DNA of 18,667 nucleotides from Verrucomicrobiales bacterium (GTDB lineage Bacteria > Verrucomicrobiota > Verrucomicrobiia > Verrucomicrobiales > V1-33): the NCBI GenBank assembly GCA_031411295.1, contig JANOAV010000185.1, positions 1 through 18,667 on the forward strand. Direction: 5' to 3'. A program made the translations under genes and the position numbers. Numbering within the stretch: the first letter of the stretch is position 1; each line of letters starts with the position of its first letter. Shown in pieces: positions 1 through 9,555 of the stretch. The notes under the pieces were generated by a model, which searched no databases, was not told the DNA's origin, and worked only from the letters and a program-made list of their open reading frames with translations.

Positions 1-1157
1 GCGACATTTTCCTCATAACTCATCAGCGTTCGGGTGCTGGCAAAGATGCCGGCCAGAGCATAGTAATCGCGCTGCGGAATGGGATCGAACTTGTGATCAT
101 GACACCGCGCGCAGCCAATCGTCTGACCTAACAGCGCGCGGCCCACGGTTTCGATTTGTTCATCGACGACATCGAAACGCAGTTGTTGTTTGTCCTGTTC
201 CTCGTAGTTCGTGGGCCCCAGCGCGAGGAATGCGGTCGCAATGCGCTGGCGCCTCTGATCTGCCAGGGTGGGTGCCGGCAGGAGATCACCTGCAATTTGT
301 TCACGGATAAATTGATCGAACGGCATGTCGGCATTGAACGCTTCAATGACGTAGTCGCGAAACCGCCACGCATCCTTAAACAGCAGCGTGCGCCCCCCGC
401 CGCTGGATTCCGCAAAGCGCGCCAAGTCAAGCCAGTGGCGGCCCCACGTCTCTCCGAATTGATTGCTGGCGAGCAGTTCATCCACCAGAACCGCCGTGGC
501 TTTCGCTGAATCCTTGGCAGCCGCAGCGATAAACTCATCCAGCTGCTGAGGCGTTGGGGGCAAGCCAATGAGCGTGTAATACAACCGCCGTGCCAGTGCT
601 TCCGGCTTGGCTGCGGGGGCAGGCTTCACGTGAGCAGACTCTATTTTAGCCAAGACAAAACGATCAATTTCGCCTTGCGGCCAGGTGGTATGCTTCACGT
701 TAGGAACTGATGGATTGGTGATGGGTGCATAAGCCCAAAATTTCCGCCCAGCCTCCAGGCTCAGCCCCGTCTGCTTTTTCACCACCGCTCCTTCCGTGCG
801 TGGATCGGGCGCACCCAGCTTCACCCATTCTTCAAGGATGGAAATGTCCTCCTTCGTCAGCGGCTTCTTCGGCGGCATTTGTAGGTCTAGATTTGCATAA
901 TGCACGGCCTCAATCAGCAAGCTTTTTGCAACATCACCCGGCACAATCGCTGGCCCGGCATCACCACCCTTGACCCAGCCATCCCGCAAATCCAGCCGCA
1001 GCCCGCCCTTGATCTTGTGCTCCGCACTGTGGCATTCCAAGCATTTCTCCGCCAACAACGGCCGCACCTTCTTCTCAAAGAAATCCACCCCCTCATCCGC
1101 CCTAACGAGCGAAACGAAAGCGAACAGGACAACTGGCAGGAAGCGGATAGACGACAT
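1..1157 (-). CDS. Planctomycete cytochrome c (PSCyt1) + DUF1549 (PSCyt2) domain protein, PSD1/DUF1553-type family; 3' end lies outside the window
   Basis: Not in the ORF track; translated by hand from ATG at 1157. It reads MSSIRFLPVVLFAFVSLVRA (signal peptide), DEGVDFFEKKVRPLLAEKCLECH (CxxCH heme motif), KGGLRLD, GGDAGPAIVPG, MPPKKPL, EIDRFVLAK, LARRLYYTLIGLPPTP, FGETWGRHWLDLARFAES, AWRFRDYVIEAFNADMPFDQFIREQIAGDLL, then IGCARCHDHKFDPIPQRDYYALAGIF (second CxxCH). These are hallmark motifs of this PVC-expanded family. Confidence 0.95.
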   Translation of the reverse strand, partial: MSSIRFLPVVLFAFVSLVRADEGVDFFEKKVRPLLAEKCLECHSAEHKIKGGLRLDLRDGWVKGGDAGPAIVPGDVAKSLLIEAVHYANLDLQMPPKKPLTKEDISILEEWVKLGAPDPRTEGAVVKKQTGLSLEAGRKFWAYAPITNPSVPNVKHTTWPQGEIDRFVLAKIESAHVKPAPAAKPEALARRLYYTLIGLPPTPQQLDEFIAAAAKDSAKATAVLVDELLASNQFGETWGRHWLDLARFAESSGGGRTLLFKDAWRFRDYVIEAFNADMPFDQFIREQIAGDLLPAPTLADQRRQRIATAFLALGPTNYEEQDKQQLRFDVVDEQIETVGRALLGQTIGCARCHDHKFDPIPQRDYYALAGIFASTRTLMSYEENV

Positions 1158-1333
1158 TGGCGAGCCGACTGTAAGCGCAACCGTGCAAGCTGCGTAAAGC
1201 AAAATTGACCGCAAGGGCGGATGATGCGGTTTCATCGGCAACAGACAACAACTACCTTATGCCCACGGCAGTGGCATGGTCCCACAGGTGTTCTTCTCGC
1301 CACTCCTACAGCGCTCGCATTCAGTCCCAGATC

Positions 1334-4300
1334 TCAGTTTTGGTCCCGCCGCCGGGTGCGACGCTCGCGGTAGGCGATGCCGCCCAGCAGGGCAAGTGCT
1401 GCGCAGATCGCGCTGGGTTCCGGCACGGGCACTAACTGACCATCGGTGCCGCTGTAGAACCCGGCTCCGGTGCCGATGAGTCCGGTGCCTGCTCCGCTGT
1501 AGAATTCGACGGTGCTGAGATCCAGTGGGAAGTTGTTGGCGGTAAAGATCAGTTTGTCGTTGCTGGTATTTTGCCAGACGCCGCCGTCATAGTTCCAAAC
1601 TTTGAGCACGCCGCTCCAGTCGTAGATGTCAGCGAAGGTGAGGGTGGAGTTTCCTCCGCTCATGTCGATGACTGCGGTGCCTGCGTTTGCGTTGAGGGTA
1701 ATGGCACCAGTGTCGGCACTGAAGCCGTTGGTTTTCAACGTGGTGCCGGTGCTCAGTTTAAGGTCGGAATTTGGCGAGAGAGCTGTATTGCTGGCCAGCA
1801 ACAAGGTGCCGCCCGTTAGGCTCGTGATGCCTACGGAAGTGTTCGTGCCGCCCATGGTTTGTGCGCCAGTTCCTGTCTTGGTGAAATTTCCGGTGCCGGA
1901 AAGGTTCCCGCTGAAGGTGGCGTCAGCATTGTCGGTGCCAATAGCTAATGATCCGCCTCCATTTCCCAGCATAACCTCCGTTCCGGAAACTCCTTCCAGC
2001 CGAGCCACGTTCTGCGTCACTCCATTGATATCGAGTTTCGCTCCGGAGTTTGTCAATGTCACCTTGGTGGTGGCGGGCAGGACGTTGACGGTGCCATTAC
2101 CCAGCCATTTCCGTCCCAAGTAATCCTGCACCTGTTGCCGTTCCATTGGAGTTAGCACCCCATTAAACACGAGGAATTCGCCAATATCGGCATCAGAGAG
2201 TTCCGTCCCGGAATTGAGATACCCTCCGCCCAGCGAAATCCCATTCGGCCCCTGCGCGCCTCCGCCCGTGCCTTTCAGCACACCATTGACATAGAACTCA
2301 GCGGCTCCACCGGTGGCAATGGTTCCGGTGTAGATGCGCGCAGCCGTGTCTGGGGCAACGCTATTCGCGAGAAATCCGTTATTGAAATAAGCGGACTCTG
2401 AATTGCTATTCCACGTGCCCAGCAACCAGTTGTTATTTGCTCCAGCAACCAAACGTTGATTCGCTCCGCCCGTGAGGCGCCCTGCGTAAATGATCGTGAC
2501 ATTTCCTGTCGTATAATTCTGCGGCAGCACAATCCGATCAAACGGAGCCCCGCCCGTCGCATCGGCATCGAAGCGGATGGCTGCATTGCTGTTCAGGGCG
2601 GTCACAGAGGAAACGAACGTCGGCTCCTGACCAGCCACCGGAATTGCATCCGCCGCCGCTCCCAAGCTTCCTTTGTTGGTCCAACTGGTTAGCACCCCGC
2701 CGCCGCCAACGTTGACGGTAGCGCCATCTGCCGCATCCAACCAGATGGCACTAGCCACGTTCATGGTTTGGCTGGCACCCAAGCGGACGGTGCCGCCGGC
2801 AATCGTGGTCGATCCCCCATACGTGTTGGCCGTATTCAGGGTCAGCACGCCGTTGCCTTGTTTGGTCAGGGTTCCGGTGCCACTGATGCTCCCAGATGCT
2901 ACGGTGTCGTCGGAACGATTGAATACGAGCGAAGCATTATCCACCACCGGGCCTGTGCCCAAGCTGCCGCCGGTGCCACCGTTGCCGATTTGCAGCGTGC
3001 CGGCGGCAATCGTGGTGATACCGCTATACGTGTTATTCCCTGACAAAATTTGCGTTCCGGCACCTTCCTTGGTGATGCCTATCCCTCCTTTGCCATCACC
3101 AGACCCCATCCCGCCATCGGTAATATTTCCAGAGAAATGGGAGCTTGCTCCGTTAAGGCCAATCGTTAGGGTATCGAATACGCCCACGCCATTACCGAAG
3201 CTGTTGGTCACCAAACCAGCCCCAGTCAAGGCATTCAGCCGCACCGAGTCAGCGCGCATATCGAAAGTAGCCCCACTGGAAACATCCAGGTTGGCGGAAC
3301 TGGCACTCCAGTCAGTGAGGTTGCCGTCATTGCGCAGCGTCCCTTGCTGCACCAGAATATTTCCCGTTAGGCTGACCGTAGAATTGAAAAACGATGCTGT
3401 GCCCGGGCCTGTTTTCACCACGGTGCCGTTGCCGCTCACAGGACCTGACAGCGCGATGACATTGGTCCCTGCGGGGGCCAGATCCAGCGTAGCGTTGGGA
3501 TCGCCTGTCGCATCCACCGTAACCGCTCCGGGTAGCGTTGCTCCGTGATTCAGAATCAGACGCAGGGTGCCTCCCTGCACACTGGTGGTGCCGCTCCAGG
3601 TCTGATTATTCCAGGTAGCCAACTCCTGCGTGCCAGCTCCGGTCTTGATGAAATTCAATTTTCCCGCCGTGGCATGGTTACTGAAACCGTTTTGGCGATC
3701 CCGAATGTGCCCAAAATAGGATTGCGTGCCTGACGTCACGTTCAGCGTCAGCGTGCTGTTTGTGGCAGGCGAAGCATCACCTTCCACCACCTGCACCACG
3801 CCACCGTCCATGCCGGTCAGATTACTCAATCCGCCCACCGTCTCATTGAAGCCGTTGAGGTTGAGATAACTCCATTTCCCGGATGGTGCGCCAAACGTGA
3901 CCACCGTGCTGTCAGCAATCTGTTGATCCGCGCCCAGACGAACGGTCGCGAATCCCGTGGCCGAGGCCAGGCCAATCTGGAACGCACCGTTGATGGCGTT
4001 GCCACCCGGACGTTGCAGCACCACCTGCATGTTATTCGTGAGCGTAGCGCCATTTTCCACCACCGTGGCGGCATTCACTAACCCGGTCACGAGAAATGTT
4101 GCATCCCCCGGAGCTAGCGTTAACGAGCCGCTGGAGATATTGCCCACCAACTCTGCATCAATGGCTGCGGTGCCACCGAGGGAAGTGATGCGTCCAGCGC
4201 CTCCGTTTAAATTCAGCCCATTCTGCAGGCGCACGGTGTCATTGGAATTCGGGCCGCTCAGAATGAGGCTGGAGCCATTGGGGACGAAATTCCCCGTGCC

Positions 4301-7300
4301 CCAGAGGAGGTCGTCTAACATGCCGCCGATGTTCAGGTTCCGTGGCGCGCCAAACGCCCCGAAGCCGCCGCTGCCGAGAAACTGGATTTGGCCACCGCCT
4401 GTGCCGAGCGCTGAGCTGAAGTCCGTCATTCCAAGATCCACGATGCCGCCATTCAATTGAATGTTGGAGTTCGGGGAAAGAGCCGTGGCGGACGATTGTC
4501 GGAGCGCCCCACCAGTGATCAAGGTGGGCCCAGTCTGGGTATTGAAACCAGTGAGTGTCAGCGTGCCATTGTTGGATTTCGTGAGGCCCACTGCCTTGCC
4601 CGCACCACCATCCTGAATATTACCATCGAAAGTGGAAGTGCCACTCACAGTGAGGGTTCCCGTTCCGGTGGCCAAATTTGTCACGATACCGGGAACGACA
4701 CCGCTACCTCCGCTCAGTGTTCCAACGGTCTGATTGAGCGAGTTGAGATCAAAAGTTCCACCAACGGAGGCTCCTCCGTTGACGATCAGTGGAGTGGCGA
4801 TGGGCAGGCGGTTATTGCTTCCACCGATGCGCAGGACGCCGTTGTTCACCGTGGTGTTGCCGCCGTAAACGCTGGCACCCGTGAGAGTGAATGTTCCGGT
4901 GCCAATTTTGGTGAGGTTGTTGCGACCAACATCAATGGACGTGTTGTTTGCCCCAACACCGCCGATGCCTCGGATGACGCCATCAAACTGGCTGGATCCA
5001 TTGTTCGAGCCAATGCTAAGGGTGTCGCTGCCGCCGAGCGCGTATGTATTGATGACCGTGCCGCTGCCAGTGAGTTCGTCGAGGATCATGTCATCCACCC
5101 GCAAATCCAATTCCGCCCCAGCGGCAACGAAGACGTCCGCCTTGCTGTTCGTCCACACGGTGGTATTGAATCCGTTGCCGAGACGACCACCGTTGATGAC
5201 AATGGAACCTTGGAAATTCGCAGGAGCCGAGCCCTTGAAGAGAAACCAACCCGGCCCCGTTTTTGTCAACGTGCCGGTGCCCGTAATCGCTGCGCCACTC
5301 ACCCAAGTATCCTCAGCGGTGTTGGCGTAATTGATCGTGAGATTCGCTCCGGCTGCGATGCTCCATGGGCTTGCGGTGACGAGGTTTGTTCCATTCAGAA
5401 CCAGCGTCCCTTGGCTTACAGTCGTCGTGCCTGCGAAGACTGTGCCCGAGCCGCTCAGCGTCTGCGAACCGGAGCCGATTTTTGTGATTGAAAGAGCGCC
5501 GCCGCCAGTCTGAGTCACGTTTCCGGTGAAGACACCGGTCGCGTTACCTGCGCCGACCGTAAGCGTCTGCGCAGAGGAATAGGCGTTATCCATAAGCCCG
5601 CCGCCAGTGAGTGCCCCGACGCGAACAGCGTTGTTTCGCATATCGACCGAGGCACCCGTCGCAATGTTCAGGTTACCGTTATTGGCCGACCAGTTGGCGT
5701 TAGCGTAATCATTTTTCAACACTCCACCTTGGACATCGATCAAGCCCCCTGCCGCCAACGAAATCGCCGTTCCGCCTCCCCCATTCCCCAGCCACCAGAT
5801 GCCCGCACCGTTTTTCTGAATGGTGCCCGCACCCGAAAGCGTTAGCCCTGTATTGCTCGATGCAAGGCTTGTTGCTCCGAGATCTACAACCACCGTCGCG
5901 CCGCTGGCTACGTTCAGCAGGGGAGTCGTGAAAACTTTGCCTCCAGCAAGATTCGCGTTGTTGCTGCCACTTGCCAGATTCTGAATCACCAGGGATCCAC
6001 CGTTCACCGTGGTCGTTCCAGAATAAGTATTCGCGCCGGAGAACGTCTGCGTTCCAGTCCCGACTTTGATCACAGAAAGCACGCCGCCTTGCTGAGTGAG
6101 ATCGGTGAGATTTGTGCCGTTCCCATCAAGTGTGCCTGAGAATGAGCCCGAGCCATCGCCATTTCCGATGGTGATACTCCCTGAGCTGGTCCCGCCCCAA
6201 AGTGTCGAGACCACACCGGCACCGTTCAATCCACCGATGGTCGAATTTCCTCCGCGACCTGCGCCAAAAAACGCGCCTGCTGAAACATTCACTGTCGCTG
6301 AAGTATTGATTGCATTTGCCACCGTATTGTCCCGGCTGAAGACGCCGGTAACAATGTTGATGGTGCCTGAGCCAGTGAGGTCGTTCGCTGCATTGAACGT
6401 TGTCCATCCCCCCGCCAGACCGCTGCCAGCGTTGTCGATGCTCAGCGTGCCACCCGCCAGAACCACCGCGTTGCCACTTACTGGAAATCGACTGCCGGCA
6501 CCAACCGGGGTGCGGCCCAAGCTAAGCGTCCCCCCCGGATTGACCGTTGTGGCGCTGGTGAACCCTGTCGTGTCGCGGAGTGCGAGCGTTCCATTGTTGA
6601 TGGTGGTCGTTCCTGTGTAGGTGATATTTCCTCCGCTGAAGGTTTGCGTTCCCGCACCCGTTTTGATGATTCCCAGCACGCCAGAGGCTACGTTATCGAA
6701 ATTTCGGATGTAGCCATTGTAGGAAAAATTGGCCGAATTGTTGATCGTCAGAACCGCACCCGCCGCGCTGCCGATTCCAACGCCGCCATTCTGGGTGACA
6801 CCTGCCGTGGTGGTGTCCTGCATTCCCGCCAGTGTCTGTGTCGTGCCCAACAGATCGAAGCGTGGAAAAGCGCCAACCGGATTCACAAATGTCATCACCA
6901 CACCAGGACCGAATTGGTCATTGCCACCCATGCGCAAATTAGGCTGATTGCCGGCCACACCCGCACCCATTTGGACCGGGCCACTGATGGCTATGGCGCC
7001 GCCCGTTTTGAAGAGCGTGGTCGTTCCATTTTCCACGACAAAGGTGCCAGTAAAGGTATTGGACGACGTGCCATTCAGAATCACGCCTCCAGTCCCCGCG
7101 CGAACAATGTTCCCGTTTCCGCTGATGATGCGTGAGAAATTAACGGTGCCTCCTGTGTTGAGTTCCAGTGTGCCGGGTGAGTTTACCGTGACGTTGCTGG
7201 CAAATGCCGTGGTGTCCGTCAGACGGAGTCGTCCATCGTTTATCGTGGTCGTTCCTGTGTAGGTAATGCTTCCGCCAGCAAGGGTCTGCGTGCCCGCTCC

Positions 7301-8167
7301 AGATTTCACCAGATTGAGCAGATAAGCTCCCGGCCCACTGTCCCGGTCACGCATGTAGCCGTTGTAAGAATAATCGGCCGTGTTGTTCAGAGTCAGGGTG
7401 GCTGGTCCACTCGTGCCGCCACCGCCGAATTTCTCATTTTGAATCACGCCAGCGCCAGTTGTATTTTGAATTCCAGCCAGTGTTTGCGTGGTGCCTTGCA
7501 AGTCAAAACGTGGAAACGAGCCAATGGGGTTGGTAAACGTCATCACCACGCCCGAGGCAAATTGCTCATTCGCCGTTGTCCTAAGATTGGGCTGATTTCC
7601 AGCGCTGCCATTTCCCATTTGCACGGCCCCGTTGATGGCGAAACCGGACGTGTTGCCCAACACTAGAGTTCCGTTGTCCACCATGGTTGTGCCGGTGAAC
7701 GTATTGGCACCAGAGAGTGTGAGTTGGGCCGCACCGAGTTTGGTGAATCCGACTGTCCCCGCGAGGGCTGAAGCAATGGCCGCATCCGCAGTCGATGTGA
7801 TGGTGGGCGTTCCCGACAGTGTCAGGGTGCCGCCCGTGAGGGTATAGCCAGAGTTGAAGGTCAGATTCCCCAACGTGATGGGTGCGGTCACGGTCACGGT
7901 CCCCGTAGCGCCACCGAAGATGGCATTGTTTGGCGGAGCCCCATTGACCCAGGAAACGTTTGTTAAACCCACATCGGTCGTCCAATTCGCGGTCGAGACA
8001 TCCCAATTTCCTACGCCACCAGTAACGACGCTGTCTCCTGAGAGATTATCCCAAGTTAAATTCGTCTGTGCCTTCAGGGGATTAGCCCAGAAGCAAAGGC
8101 CGAACGTTAGACAAAGAGCGGGCAGTCGTTTGACGGGGAACGTGGAGCAGTAAGTCGTGGCTTTCAT
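1334..8167 (-). CDS. Large secreted surface protein with autotransporter-associated beta-strand (passenger-associated) repeats, a LamG/concanavalin-like domain and a C-terminal PEP-CTERM sorting signal
   Basis: 2277-aa ORF. The signal peptide ends ...WANPLKA-Q. Many xTKxGxGTxTLxGxNTYxGxTTxxxGTL repeats follow. The C-terminus is VPVPEPSAICAALALLGGIAYRERRTRRRDQN (VPEP, hydrophobic helix, Arg cluster). There is no beta-barrel at the C-terminus. Confidence 0.95.
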   Translation of the reverse strand: MKATTYCSTFPVKRLPALCLTFGLCFWANPLKAQTNLTWDNLSGDSVVTGGVGNWDVSTANWTTDVGLTNVSWVNGAPPNNAIFGGATGTVTVTAPITLGNLTFNSGYTLTGGTLTLSGTPTITSTADAAIASALAGTVGFTKLGAAQLTLSGANTFTGTTMVDNGTLVLGNTSGFAINGAVQMGNGSAGNQPNLRTTANEQFASGVVMTFTNPIGSFPRFDLQGTTQTLAGIQNTTGAGVIQNEKFGGGGTSGPATLTLNNTADYSYNGYMRDRDSGPGAYLLNLVKSGAGTQTLAGGSITYTGTTTINDGRLRLTDTTAFASNVTVNSPGTLELNTGGTVNFSRIISGNGNIVRAGTGGVILNGTSSNTFTGTFVVENGTTTLFKTGGAIAISGPVQMGAGVAGNQPNLRMGGNDQFGPGVVMTFVNPVGAFPRFDLLGTTQTLAGMQDTTTAGVTQNGGVGIGSAAGAVLTINNSANFSYNGYIRNFDNVASGVLGIIKTGAGTQTFSGGNITYTGTTTINNGTLALRDTTGFTSATTVNPGGTLSLGRTPVGAGSRFPVSGNAVVLAGGTLSIDNAGSGLAGGWTTFNAANDLTGSGTINIVTGVFSRDNTVANAINTSATVNVSAGAFFGAGRGGNSTIGGLNGAGVVSTLWGGTSSGSITIGNGDGSGSFSGTLDGNGTNLTDLTQQGGVLSVIKVGTGTQTFSGANTYSGTTTVNGGSLVIQNLASGSNNANLAGGKVFTTPLLNVASGATVVVDLGATSLASSNTGLTLSGAGTIQKNGAGIWWLGNGGGGTAISLAAGGLIDVQGGVLKNDYANANWSANNGNLNIATGASVDMRNNAVRVGALTGGGLMDNAYSSAQTLTVGAGNATGVFTGNVTQTGGGALSITKIGSGSQTLSGSGTVFAGTTTVSQGTLVLNGTNLVTASPWSIAAGANLTINYANTAEDTWVSGAAITGTGTLTKTGPGWFLFKGSAPANFQGSIVINGGRLGNGFNTTVWTNSKADVFVAAGAELDLRVDDMILDELTGSGTVINTYALGGSDTLSIGSNNGSSQFDGVIRGIGGVGANNTSIDVGRNNLTKIGTGTFTLTGASVYGGNTTVNNGVLRIGGSNNRLPIATPLIVNGGASVGGTFDLNSLNQTVGTLSGGSGVVPGIVTNLATGTGTLTVSGTSTFDGNIQDGGAGKAVGLTKSNNGTLTLTGFNTQTGPTLITGGALRQSSATALSPNSNIQLNGGIVDLGMTDFSSALGTGGGQIQFLGSGGFGAFGAPRNLNIGGMLDDLLWGTGNFVPNGSSLILSGPNSNDTVRLQNGLNLNGGAGRITSLGGTAAIDAELVGNISSGSLTLAPGDATFLVTGLVNAATVVENGATLTNNMQVVLQRPGGNAINGAFQIGLASATGFATVRLGADQQIADSTVVTFGAPSGKWSYLNLNGFNETVGGLSNLTGMDGGVVQVVEGDASPATNSTLTLNVTSGTQSYFGHIRDRQNGFSNHATAGKLNFIKTGAGTQELATWNNQTWSGTTSVQGGTLRLILNHGATLPGAVTVDATGDPNATLDLAPAGTNVIALSGPVSGNGTVVKTGPGTASFFNSTVSLTGNILVQQGTLRNDGNLTDWSASSANLDVSSGATFDMRADSVRLNALTGAGLVTNSFGNGVGVFDTLTIGLNGASSHFSGNITDGGMGSGDGKGGIGITKEGAGTQILSGNNTYSGITTIAAGTLQIGNGGTGGSLGTGPVVDNASLVFNRSDDTVASGSISGTGTLTKQGNGVLTLNTANTYGGSTTIAGGTVRLGASQTMNVASAIWLDAADGATVNVGGGGVLTSWTNKGSLGAAADAIPVAGQEPTFVSSVTALNSNAAIRFDADATGGAPFDRIVLPQNYTTGNVTIIYAGRLTGGANQRLVAGANNNWLLGTWNSNSESAYFNNGFLANSVAPDTAARIYTGTIATGGAAEFYVNGVLKGTGGGAQGPNGISLGGGYLNSGTELSDADIGEFLVFNGVLTPMERQQVQDYLGRKWLGNGTVNVLPATTKVTLTNSGAKLDINGVTQNVARLEGVSGTEVMLGNGGGSLAIGTDNADATFSGNLSGTGNFTKTGTGAQTMGGTNTSVGITSLTGGTLLLASNTALSPNSDLKLSTGTTLKTNGFSADTGAITLNANAGTAVIDMSGGNSTLTFADIYDWSGVLKVWNYDGGVWQNTSNDKLIFTANNFPLDLSTVEFYSGAGTGLIGTGAGFYSGTDGQLVPVPEPSAICAALALLGGIAYRERRTRRRDQN
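2105..2755 (-). other. LamG/concanavalin A-like beta-sandwich domain inserted among the passenger repeats
   Basis: Non-repeat segment WLDAADGATV...SWTNKGSLG...AIRFD...NNNWLLGTW...FYVNG...DIGEFLVFNGVLTPMERQQVQDYLGRKW. It matches the WLDA..D / W.DKS / YxNG / IxE(I/F)xx(Y/F)...ExxxVxxYLxxKW pattern of LamG-like domains. Boundaries are approximate. Confidence 0.75.
6540..7645 (-). repeat. Two closely related long internal modules in the PEP-CTERM protein (about 7645-7185 and 6996-6540), with a diverged third copy near 4000-3560
   Basis: Copy 1: AINGAVQMGNGSAGNQPNLRTTANEQFASGVVMTFTNPIGSFPRFDLQGTTQTLAGIQ...YSYNGYMRD. Copy 2: AISGPVQMGAGVAGNQPNLRMGGNDQFGPGVVMTFVNPVGAFPRFDLLGTTQTLAGMQ...FSYNGYIRN. 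Copy 3: AINGAFQIG...VRLGADQQIADSTVVTF...SYFGHIRD. Confidence 0.85.
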
Positions 8168-8339
8168 AGATGGAGTATTAATAGAAATTAATGTGAAATC
8201 AGCAAGTTTAAATCTAGCGCTTTTAGGGATTCACGGTAAACGGGAAATTACCACGTCTGCGTGCTCGTCCTCGGGCACCCAGATGAACGTGGCTGGGGAA
8301 AAGAAATTCCCCTACACGCAACGATTTCCGTGAATTACC

Positions 8340-8762
8340 TCAATCCGTCAGATCGCGAGGCTCCAGCAACAGTAGGTCACAGACGTCACCCACTACACCT
8401 AATCAAATCTGGCCGAGGCAGGCTTTGGATTTGCGGTCTATTACCAACAAACAACTTTCGCCCTGGCCCCTAAGTTCCCGCTGAGCCTGCACGGTCCCGC
8501 AGCCGATGAAGAATCTTTCAGCATCAGCAGCCAAACCACGGGGGAATGGAGCAGGCAGTTGACCGAGAGCCAGAGGAATGCGCTCACCATTTCCGTCCTG
8601 CTGCCTCAGCAGGTTGCCTCCACCGCTATCTAATATCCTGAGACCATCTATCTTACGTAACCACCGCGGATGGCCGTGGCTTCGAAGCCTTCGGGTTTGA
8701 GGTCTTGGAAGCGGTGGTATTCGAAATAGTTCTTGCTCTCGGTCACATGCGCGAATTGGCAT
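8340..8762 (-). pseudogene. Probable remnant of a DUF4915/TIGR03032-like beta-propeller gene (5'-truncated, internal TGA)
   Basis: The ORF 8762-8403 reads HPRW..GLRILDSGGG...FPRGLAADAERFFIG...CLLVIDRKSKACLGQI*. The same frame continues LGVVGDVCDLLLLEPRDLTD* to 8340. This resembles the family pattern HSPRW..LWVL(N/D)SG..FxRGLAF...xVIDLxxG...VxE(I/L)(Y/F)DV as I recall it. Confidence 0.5.
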
Positions 8763-8780
8763 AGTATGACTTGTAGTAAG

Positions 8781-9552
8781 CTAGAGATTCAGCAGGTCCA
8801 TTTGCCGACCAACCAACATCTCAAGGCGGTCAAGATTATCAGCGAACTCAGATTCAAGTCGTCTCTTTAGTTTGTCATCCAATGGCTCGTAGGACGCTTG
8901 ATTTAGCGAAGGTAAGCACAAATTGTAATCCAAGTCTACCTCAAGAAAATCTAAAATCAGCTTTATCCATTTTTGGGGTTCCCCCACCAATTCAGCCATG
9001 CTGATGATGAAGAAACGATTCCTTGGGAAGAATTGTAAATAATTCATCAATTGGAAATCGTAACAAGAGGACCGCAGGTAGAGTTGATTCCAATAGTTTT
9101 CCTTTGCTGTGAATCGGAAGCTCTCATCGTGAAACCTTTCGTCCTCTGCAAGCAGAGCTGCTTCAAAAGTAGGCAGCTGCTCGTAGCCGTGTCTCCGCAT
9201 GTGGTGAAAAAGAGCATAGGAACGAAGCGCAGGATTCCTAAAAATTAAGATGAATTTTGCGGAAGGAAACAGCAGATGGATTGCGGGTGCCACTTCTAGG
9301 TCGCTGAAATTGGCGTGGGATGCATCAATTCGGACTTTCGCGCCTTTTTCACTGTGAAACTGCTCTAGGTAATCTAGCGGATTTCGAATGATGTTGAAAT
9401 GTCTGCTGAAAAATGTCGGTTCTTTCGAGCGGGCTACCTGAATTTCGGGATGCTGCCCCAAGCACGCAGCCAAGCTGGTGGTGCCACATTTAGCGGCTCC
9501 CAATAAAAACACATTTGGTTTCGCTAACTTATGAGAGATGACTTCGTTTCAT
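8781..9552 (-). CDS. PAPS-dependent sulfotransferase (Sulfotransfer_1/3-like); start region apparently frameshifted (ATG at 9552 out of frame, in-frame GTG at 9512)
   Basis: Motifs: KPNVFLLGAAKCGTTSL (5'-PSB loop), LGQHPEI, KEPTFFS, AKFILIFRNPALRSY (3'-PB region), YLQFFPR, ILDFLEV. The conserved KPN lies upstream of the ORF-track GTG. Confidence 0.88.
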
Positions 9553-9555
9553 CTG

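Noticed and set aside
128..1208. Short ORF-track ORFs at 128-568, 156-509, 725-973, 900-1208, 914-1180 and 970-1197
   Set aside because: All are antisense or off-frame shadows of the cytochrome c/DUF1549 gene, which starts at 1157 on the minus strand.
1334..1700. Possible type V autotransporter beta-barrel
   Set aside because: The C-terminus is a VPEP-TM-Arg tail with no barrel and no terminal aromatic residue.
1571..8153. Many plus-strand ORFs of up to 344 aa, rich in Val and Pro
   Set aside because: They are antisense shadows of the Gly/Thr/Asn-rich PEP-CTERM gene and have no independent motifs.
8168..8260. Sigma54 or sigma70 promoter for the PEP-CTERM gene
   Set aside because: TTGCT is present on the minus strand but lacks a correctly spaced -24 GG, and I found no well-spaced -35/-10 pair. 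The region is simply AT-rich.
8403..8405. Selenocysteine or alternative-code read-through of the TGA
   Set aside because: TGA is used as a normal stop by other genes in the window (for example at 1334, 14219 and 17733). I saw no convincing SECIS-like hairpin, and the gene is also 5'-truncated.
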